Positions 57,869 to 64,000 of a stretch of DNA of 64,000 bases are shown piece after piece; within the stretch, counting starts at the first letter, position 1; every line of letters begins with the position of its first letter. The position numbers were made by a program, and so were the translations under genes. Under the pieces are notes generated by a model. That model was not told the DNA's origin and ran no database searches. It saw nothing but the letters and a program-made list of their open reading frames with translations. Location of the stretch: the IMG/VR virus record IMGVR_UViG_3300029891_000001, positions 32,001 through 96,000 of that record; one strand, written 5' to 3'. This stretch comes from a virus.

Positions 57869-58593
57869 AAATCATCCTTCTTTGTATTTCTAAAATAACT
57901 CGTATCGTTTAAAAAATAAATTACTTTCTTTCTTAATTCTTCTATTGGTTTTAAATATTCTTCATACCCATTCTCTGATCTTTTATCATAATACGCAAAA
58001 TCAATAATCTTCATCACATAATTAGGATGACACTTATTTATAAAAGAAATAATAGCCTCATCTTTCCAATTGGGCTGTCTTTGATAATCTAAGGGTAGCA
58101 TATGAAATTTAATTATAATAGAAATTTCTTCAGCATTTTGAATATTAAATCTATCTAAAATTCTATTAGACTTAATATAACTAAATTGAGAATGCTGTAA
58201 AAAATTCTTATATAGCATATAAGTATCATATTTTCCAATATCGTGTAACAATGCTGCCCACCTTAAAACAATATCATCATATGGAACTTCTTTCAAAACA
58301 TTAAGAGTATGGATAAATACGTTGTCTGATCTAGATTTATTTTGTGGTACATTTTTTAATATACCAATTTCTGGTAAAAATATATCTAATATTTTCAAAT
58401 TATCAAAAACATTTAATATTTTATTAGCATTGGGGTCTTTCAAAATATAATTGAAAAGACCCCCAATAGCATATCCGTCATAAGAAGAACAAGACTCATA
58501 AACCTTCCCAACTATATGATATGGAATTTCTTTATCTCTATTAATATAATCAATTATATCAAAAAAAATATTATCAATATATCTTTCGCTCAT
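57865..58593 (-). CDS. Stand-alone RNA-binding + HD domain of CCA-adding enzyme type
   Basis: LDIFLPEI..VPQ..VFIHTL, LRWAALLHDIGK, FLQHS, KFHM, YYD; no nucleotidyltransferase head. Confidence 0.75.
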   Translation of the reverse strand: MSERYIDNIFFDIIDYINRDKEIPYHIVGKVYESCSSYDGYAIGGLFNYILKDPNANKILNVFDNLKILDIFLPEIGILKNVPQNKSRSDNVFIHTLNVLKEVPYDDIVLRWAALLHDIGKYDTYMLYKNFLQHSQFSYIKSNRILDRFNIQNAEEISIIIKFHMLPLDYQRQPNWKDEAIISFINKCHPNYVMKIIDFAYYDKRSENGYEEYLKPIEELRKKVIYFLNDTSYFRNTKKDDL

Positions 58594-59069
58594 TATTGCA
58601 ACCTATCTAATTCTGTTTTATCCCAAGACAACATACTTCTACCCAGATCTAAAAGGGCCATCATCTCTCTAATCTTGAATTTCCCTCTATTGTCTAGATA
58701 TTTATATTTAGCTACTCTTTTTTGTTCTTTAATAATATTTGTTTTTTCTCCTTCGTATTCTATCATAATATCTCTAACTTTTATCTTTTTTTGTGAAACA
58801 CTCATAGATTTAAGTGATTCTGCTCTTTCTAATTCTGCCCACGCTAAAGATTCTACTGCTTCTTTTCTGGCTTCTGCTTCGTCTAATAAATAAGAAGAAT
58901 AGGCTGCCATATTATTTAATCTTCCATATAAATTATAGGCTTTTGCTAAATCATCACGAATGGCATGACCAGCACTCTGTAAATCAATATTTAATGGAAA
59001 CTCTTTATCGAAAATAGTAACTGGCAAATTATCAAGCTTTTCATCAAATGACATCTTTCCTCCTAACAC
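58593..59069 (-). CDS. Coiled-coil protein (UvsY-like candidate)
   Basis: All-helical; ends RSMLSWDKTEL; probable start at MSFDEK after GGAGG. Confidence 0.45.
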   Translation of the reverse strand: MLGGKMSFDEKLDNLPVTIFDKEFPLNIDLQSAGHAIRDDLAKAYNLYGRLNNMAAYSSYLLDEAEARKEAVESLAWAELERAESLKSMSVSQKKIKVRDIMIEYEGEKTNIIKEQKRVAKYKYLDNRGKFKIREMMALLDLGRSMLSWDKTELDRLQ

Positions 59070-61189
59070 TTAGAAAATCCGCAAATACACTTCAAACATC
59101 CCTCTTGTCTTAAAAGGGGTTTGCCACAAGAGGGGCATAAAGAATTTAACCCGTTATTTTCATCTTGTGGTTTATTCTTAATTAATCTAAATAATTCTTT
59201 ACCGATTAAATCTGGGATAGATTTATATGTAATTTGCCTATGACCATCAAAAGTAGTATTTTCTGTAGTCTCTATCCCTATAAGTGCTTGTGCTAATGAT
59301 TTTGCTGAAACTTTGTATTTCAAACCGATTGATATAAGTCTTCCTATTGATTCTAAAAATGATTGTGTAACAGAACCAGTTTTACCTAAATTCAAAATAA
59401 CTTCAATAGGATCTTCATCTTCTTCTTTGTTTTTATTCACTGTAAAATATAAATTGCCTAATGGTGTTTTATATTTTTCTGTTGTCCCAATAGTAGTTCT
59501 AGTTCTATATCTCATTTTAGAATCGTCTTTTTTAGAGGATAAAACTTGATTTGGCCTAGATCCATCTCTATATACAGTAATTCCCTTACATCCAAGATCA
59601 TAAGCTAAAAGATAAGCTTTTCTAACATCTGCTTTTGTCACATCCTTAGACATATTAATAGTTTTAGAAACTCCGCCATCTACATATTTTTGGAAAGAAG
59701 ATTGCATATAAACATGATCTTCTGGAGATACATCAAATGAAGTTTTACATATTTCTTTTATCTCTTTTGGAATTTCTTCTATATCTTTTAAACTGTTGCT
59801 ATTTAATAATTTATTTTTTAATTTCTCGTCTAACCCTATATCATAATTTTCTAATAATTTCAAAAAATATTTATTAATAACTTCTAATTTAATATTGTTC
59901 ATGCACAATCTTTCATATGCTATAGAAAAAAGAGGTTCACACCCAGAAGAAGCATTTGCTATAATAGAGATAGTCCCAGTAGGGGCGATAATAGTAGTCC
60001 ACAGATTCCTTCTATCAATCCCAATTTCTTTACATGCTTCGCAAATACCCTTTTCTTCACCCAAATTTTTACTTTCATCTTTACTTGTATTGTTGATAAA
60101 TTCCATTATATTTTCAGCTATTTTTCTAGCTTTTTTAGAATCATAAGCTATTCCCATTAATATCAACAAATCTGCGAAACCCATAACCCCTAATCCAATT
60201 TTTCTAGTTTTTAAAGATGCTTCTTTTATTTCTGGAATTGGGTAAAAATTCTTATTTATAATAGAATCTAATAATCTTATAGATAATCTAATGTCTTTTT
60301 CAAATATTTCATAGTTTATATTATTACTTTCTTTTTCATAATATTTAGCTAAATTTAAAGAACCCAAATTACAAGATTCATAATATAATAATGGTGATTC
60401 ACCACATGGATTAACAGCATAAACAGTCCCATATTGGTTAGATTTATTCACTGTATCTACAAAAAATAGTCCAGGTTCTCCTGTAGAATGTGCATTTTCA
60501 ATAATCTTTTCAAATAATTCTACAGCAGAAACAGATTTAACAACTTTTTTAGAATGAGGATCTATCAAGTCTATTTGTTTGTCTTTCTTAACTGCTGTCA
60601 TAAATTCATCTGTAATAGAAACAGAAATATTAAAATTATTAATAAGATTAATATCATTCTTACATTTAATAAAATCTTCTATATCGGGGTGATTACAAGC
60701 CAACAACCCCATATTCGCACCACGTCTAGTCCCACCTTGTTTAATTTGTTCTGTAATATCATTACCCATTTTCATAAAAGAAATTGGACCAGAAGCAACT
60801 CCACTAGTAGATCCGACTACAGAATTAGCACTTCTTAGATTAGAAAAAGAATACCCAGTTCCCCCTCCAGCTTTATTAACTAACGCCCCATAAGCGAATG
60901 CTCTCATTATGTCTGATAAATTATCGTTTATCGGAAGAACAAAACAGGCGGACATCATGGCTTCTTTTTTTCCTGCATTCATTAAAGCAGGACTATTGGG
61001 TAAAAATCTCAAATTATACATTATATCATAATAAGAATCGGCCCATTTCTCAATATTCTCTTTTTCATCAGAAGCTATATAATTTGCTACTCTTCTACAT
61101 AGCCCACTCCAATCTTCTACTATTTTACCTTCATTGTCTTTCCAAAAATATCTTTTATTTAAAATCTCAATAGCATTATCTTCAATCAT
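59063..61189 (-). CDS. nrdJ: Class II (B12-dependent) ribonucleotide reductase with C-terminal TSCPD/Zn-ribbon
   Basis: NSPALMNAG, SACFV, QGGTRRGANM, NPCGE, CNLGSLNL, IAPTGTIS, YRDGSR, CPSCG..EGC..C.CGFSKC. Confidence 0.92.
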   Translation of the reverse strand: MIEDNAIEILNKRYFWKDNEGKIVEDWSGLCRRVANYIASDEKENIEKWADSYYDIMYNLRFLPNSPALMNAGKKEAMMSACFVLPINDNLSDIMRAFAYGALVNKAGGGTGYSFSNLRSANSVVGSTSGVASGPISFMKMGNDITEQIKQGGTRRGANMGLLACNHPDIEDFIKCKNDINLINNFNISVSITDEFMTAVKKDKQIDLIDPHSKKVVKSVSAVELFEKIIENAHSTGEPGLFFVDTVNKSNQYGTVYAVNPCGESPLLYYESCNLGSLNLAKYYEKESNNINYEIFEKDIRLSIRLLDSIINKNFYPIPEIKEASLKTRKIGLGVMGFADLLILMGIAYDSKKARKIAENIMEFINNTSKDESKNLGEEKGICEACKEIGIDRRNLWTTIIAPTGTISIIANASSGCEPLFSIAYERLCMNNIKLEVINKYFLKLLENYDIGLDEKLKNKLLNSNSLKDIEEIPKEIKEICKTSFDVSPEDHVYMQSSFQKYVDGGVSKTINMSKDVTKADVRKAYLLAYDLGCKGITVYRDGSRPNQVLSSKKDDSKMRYRTRTTIGTTEKYKTPLGNLYFTVNKNKEEDEDPIEVILNLGKTGSVTQSFLESIGRLISIGLKYKVSAKSLAQALIGIETTENTTFDGHRQITYKSIPDLIGKELFRLIKNKPQDENNGLNSLCPSCGKPLLRQEGCLKCICGFSKC

Positions 61190-61907
61190 TTGATTCCCTC
61201 TTGTGTCTATTTAAACTAACATCGAATCTAACTCCTTCTGCTCTCCATTCCTTGTCTGGCTCTATAATAAGATATCCTTCTGTTGCTTTAGGTAAACTTA
61301 TAACATTTTTACCAGGCATAGGGGCTAAACCCCACCAATCATTAATCCCTATCAAACAATATAAACATTGAGTTTTTATAAACATATTCAAAGTTTCTTC
61401 AGAAAATTCAATTTTCTTTTTAGTAACTCCACCTATCAAATCATAAACTAAAAGAATATCAATAATTTTGTCTGTTAAAGAATTTACTTCTTTTTCGTTA
61501 AAATGCTTCTTTTGATATCCAATAAGATTTTCTTTCTTATAATATAAAGGAGAATAAGTTCCTCCATATCCACCTATAGCTATGTTATTATATTTAACAA
61601 CAGTGCCATCTTCAATAATTCTAAAATTATGAATATTAATATCTCTTTCTATAAGTTTCTTTACTAAATAAAAATCATCATATATCCCTCTTATAGAAAA
61701 TACTGGTTTGATAAATAATTGCTTGCCTTCTAAGTATTCGTAAAAATTGTTTTTCTCATTAAAAGATTTTGGCAAATACTTATTTTTATTCCTCCCACAA
61801 ATACTTATATTCCCACAAATTAAAGCAAAATCAGCTTTAGACCTGTATAAATATTCATTAATTAAATGAACATTTCCATATATGTTACCAAGACAGATTA
61901 TTCTCAT
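61182..61907 (-). CDS. Calcineurin-like metallophosphoesterase fold with degenerate metal ligands
   Basis: Motif spacing retained but altered: GNIYG, CGN, RGIYDD, LLVYD, IGIND. Confidence 0.7.
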   Translation of the reverse strand: MRIICLGNIYGNVHLINEYLYRSKADFALICGNISICGRNKNKYLPKSFNEKNNFYEYLEGKQLFIKPVFSIRGIYDDFYLVKKLIERDINIHNFRIIEDGTVVKYNNIAIGGYGGTYSPLYYKKENLIGYQKKHFNEKEVNSLTDKIIDILLVYDLIGGVTKKKIEFSEETLNMFIKTQCLYCLIGINDWWGLAPMPGKNVISLPKATEGYLIIEPDKEWRAEGVRFDVSLNRHKRESND

Positions 61908-62872
61908 AACAACTCGCTTAATGTTTCTTTTATTTCCTTCATTTGTTTGTCTAAAGAAAAATTATTTTCAACATATTTTCTGTGGTATTTTCTAATATTC
62001 CCAATATTTTCAGATGATTCAATTTTTTTAATAAAATCTATTAAATCATTACTTCTATAAAATATATTTTCTGTTGGGTATAACAACTCACTTCCTATCC
62101 ATCCATGAACTAAAGGAATAACACCCAAAGCCATGCCTTCCATTAAAGAATAATGAAAAGATTCAAATAAAGAAGTTGACATTATATAGTCTTTATCTGA
62201 CAAGTATTCTGGGACATTTTTCTGCCATCCATCAAATATAACTTTAAATGGCAAATGAGGGATTATAGTATTCATATATAACCCAATTCTTTCATCTTGA
62301 AATTGGCCTGCAATATGAAATGTAAAATTATGATCATAATTCCATATTTCATTGCAAAAATGTAAAAACAATTCTGGTGCTTTCTTATAATTTAAATACC
62401 CCAAATAACAAATCTTTTTATTATACTTCTTATTTTCATTAAAATCAAACTTTTCTAAATTAATACCATTATTAATAACTTTAAATATATCTTTTCTAAT
62501 ATGAAATTTTTGATCAAGTAAATTCTTCATTGTTTCACTAACTACAATAAGTTTATCAACTTTATTCCAATCTACTTGTGATGGCATAGGGGTAAACATT
62601 TCATAGCTATGCAATCTAACAATATGCTTACATTGTTTGGGACTTGATAAAGCTTTTATAACTAATTCATTACACCATTCAAACCAAGCAATATCACTAT
62701 CATAATATAGTTGATAAAATTCTTGTGTACCAGATCCATCGCTATAAAATTCTCTCTCTCTGTCTTTAACATTAAAATATTTTATATCATAATCATTTCT
62801 TAAATTGATTATAATATCTTTTAAAAATGAATCTTCTCCATGTAGAAAAAATGTAAGTCTAGGCTTCTTCAT
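61904..62872 (-). CDS. GT4-like glycosyltransferase
   Basis: WFEWC, VRLHSYE, VINNGINL, YKKAP, STSLFESFHYSLMEGMALG. Confidence 0.85.
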   Translation of the reverse strand: MKKPRLTFFLHGEDSFLKDIIINLRNDYDIKYFNVKDREREFYSDGSGTQEFYQLYYDSDIAWFEWCNELVIKALSSPKQCKHIVRLHSYEMFTPMPSQVDWNKVDKLIVVSETMKNLLDQKFHIRKDIFKVINNGINLEKFDFNENKKYNKKICYLGYLNYKKAPELFLHFCNEIWNYDHNFTFHIAGQFQDERIGLYMNTIIPHLPFKVIFDGWQKNVPEYLSDKDYIMSTSLFESFHYSLMEGMALGVIPLVHGWIGSELLYPTENIFYRSNDLIDFIKKIESSENIGNIRKYHRKYVENNFSLDKQMKEIKETLSELL

Positions 62873-62891
62873 ATAAATACCTTTCTTATTT

Positions 62892-64000
62892 TTATTTTGT
62901 AACTTCAGTATCTACGAAAGATTTTAAAGTTTCAATAATATAATTCATATGTTCTTTGTCTAAATTTTGATGACATCCAATTATAAATCCATTATCATTA
63001 ACATATTCTGAATTTTTATAACTCATAGAAAGTATTCCCATGTGTTTTACTGGTTCTTGATTAGTTAAAGACATTAAAACTCTAGAATCAATTTCTTTCT
63101 CGTATAAATATTGTAATAATTTTTCTCTATCTATATGTTTTTTGCATAATATCGGAAAAAACTGAAAAACACATTCATCCCAATAATCCCAAGATGGAAA
63201 AGTAAAATTATCTTGCAACATTTTATTTTCATAATAACTATTTATTAATAATCCTGCATTCATTTTTCTTTTGGCGATAATGTTATCAATTCTTTTGCTC
63301 TGAGAAAGACCTAATGCTGCAGACAAATTATCTGAACGATAAGAAGCCCCAACTTTATCAAACTTAAAACGATCTTCCCAACCATCTTCGCAATTAATAA
63401 AATCACCACCTAACTTTCTACCATGTGAAATAAAACTCTCTATAAAATCTATATATTCAGAATTCTCATGACAAATCATACCACCAGAACCAGTAGTAAT
63501 AATACGTGAAACATAAAAACTTAAACAAATAATATTTCCATAATTACAAGATTCATTGCCAACAGCCTCACATGCATCTTCAATAATAAAAAATCTATCC
63601 ATTATGGGTTGTGGTATATTGGCTTTTTTCCCACATAAATCTACAGATAATATTACATCTATTTCCCAATATTTAGAAAGTTCTACATCTTTTTCAGTAA
63701 ACTTTATATTATAATCTTCTCCAATATCATGAAAAACTGGAATACATCCAGTTCTAATTATCGCCCATAAAGTAGCAGCATAAGTATTAGCCGGTAACAT
63801 AACTCTTAACGAAGGTTTTTGTAATTTTAATTTAGCTACTTCTAATGCAACCTCTAAAGCAGATTGCCCAGAATTTACCATACGCCCAAAACTTTTACCA
63901 TGTTTACTACTCATAAATTCTTCAAAATAATTCATTTCTGAACCAACAGATAAATATCCAGACCTAATTGCATTGCCCACATATCTAATATCTTCTTCGT
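62892..64000 (-). CDS. DegT/DnrJ/EryC1/StrS PLP-dependent NDP-sugar enzyme, 5' end outside window
   Basis: VNSGQSAL, PANTYAAT, IIEDACEA, SFYVSRIITTGSGGM, IGCHQ; frame open to the window edge (EEDIRYVGNAI). Confidence 0.85.
   Translation of the reverse strand, partial: EEDIRYVGNAIRSGYLSVGSEMNYFEEFMSSKHGKSFGRMVNSGQSALEVALEVAKLKLQKPSLRVMLPANTYAATLWAIIRTGCIPVFHDIGEDYNIKFTEKDVELSKYWEIDVILSVDLCGKKANIPQPIMDRFFIIEDACEAVGNESCNYGNIICLSFYVSRIITTGSGGMICHENSEYIDFIESFISHGRKLGGDFINCEDGWEDRFKFDKVGASYRSDNLSAALGLSQSKRIDNIIAKRKMNAGLLINSYYENKMLQDNFTFPSWDYWDECVFQFFPILCKKHIDREKLLQYLYEKEIDSRVLMSLTNQEPVKHMGILSMSYKNSEYVNDNGFIIGCHQNLDKEHMNYIIETLKSFVDTEVTK

Noticed and set aside
3400-61189. Inteins or introns in DnaE, terminase or NrdJ
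   Set aside because: Lengths are compact and conserved motifs are contiguous; no intein C...HN boundaries or LAGLIDADG motifs seen
309-62060. Many short antisense or alternate-frame ORFs in the track (e.g. 22432-22701, 24523-24831, 30937-31392, 40604-41104, 47669-48037)
   Set aside because: They lie wholly within well-supported genes and lack motifs; they are shadow ORFs, more frequent in GC-richer or repetitive DNA
1-64000. Genome-wide stop-codon reassignment
   Set aside because: Long genes are intact under code 11; TAA, TAG and TGA all end genes at coupled junctions; only one in-frame stop (7103) was seen

Overview
A 64 kb, very AT-rich (roughly 27-30% GC by eye), densely coding segment of a large tailed dsDNA bacteriophage. 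It is probably a siphovirus: there is a tail tube and an 1873-aa tape measure, and no recognisable sheath. Two arms converge at about 10.92 kb. The + arm (1-10926) carries a putative base/sugar modification block (FkbM-type methyltransferase fragment, GT4 glycosyltransferase, TGT/DpdA-like transglycosylase) and replication genes (DnaE, Cas4/RecB-like nuclease, HD hydrolase, RecU-like resolvase, and a primase with its zinc finger at the C-terminus). The - arm (64000 to 10919) runs from sugar and nucleotide metabolism (DegT-family enzyme, GT4, degenerate phosphoesterase, class II RNR, HD protein, dNMP kinase, MazG-like, HNH, beta clamp, sigma-like factor) through a complete morphogenesis module (terminase, portal, HNH-protease-scaffold, decoration, capsid, giant repeat fibre, neck, tail tube, chaperones, tape measure, tail tip) to an M15 endolysin. 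The most striking feature is a ~4.4 kb GC-richer cassette inside the tail module, between two paralogous distal-tail-like genes. It encodes two Sec-signal-peptide proteins rich in D-(S/T)-(A/I/L/V/M/T) motifs, the Bacteroidota-type O-glycosylation sequon, and one of them has phage fibre-type repeats. This suggests exported, host-glycosylated phage proteins and an FCB-group-like host. Other highlights are the TGT+glycosyltransferase candidate DNA hypermodification system, several catalytically altered enzymes, a candidate tail-chaperone -1 frameshift beside a 14-bp hairpin, and a nested scaffold start. All calls come from motif reading by eye; no searches were run.
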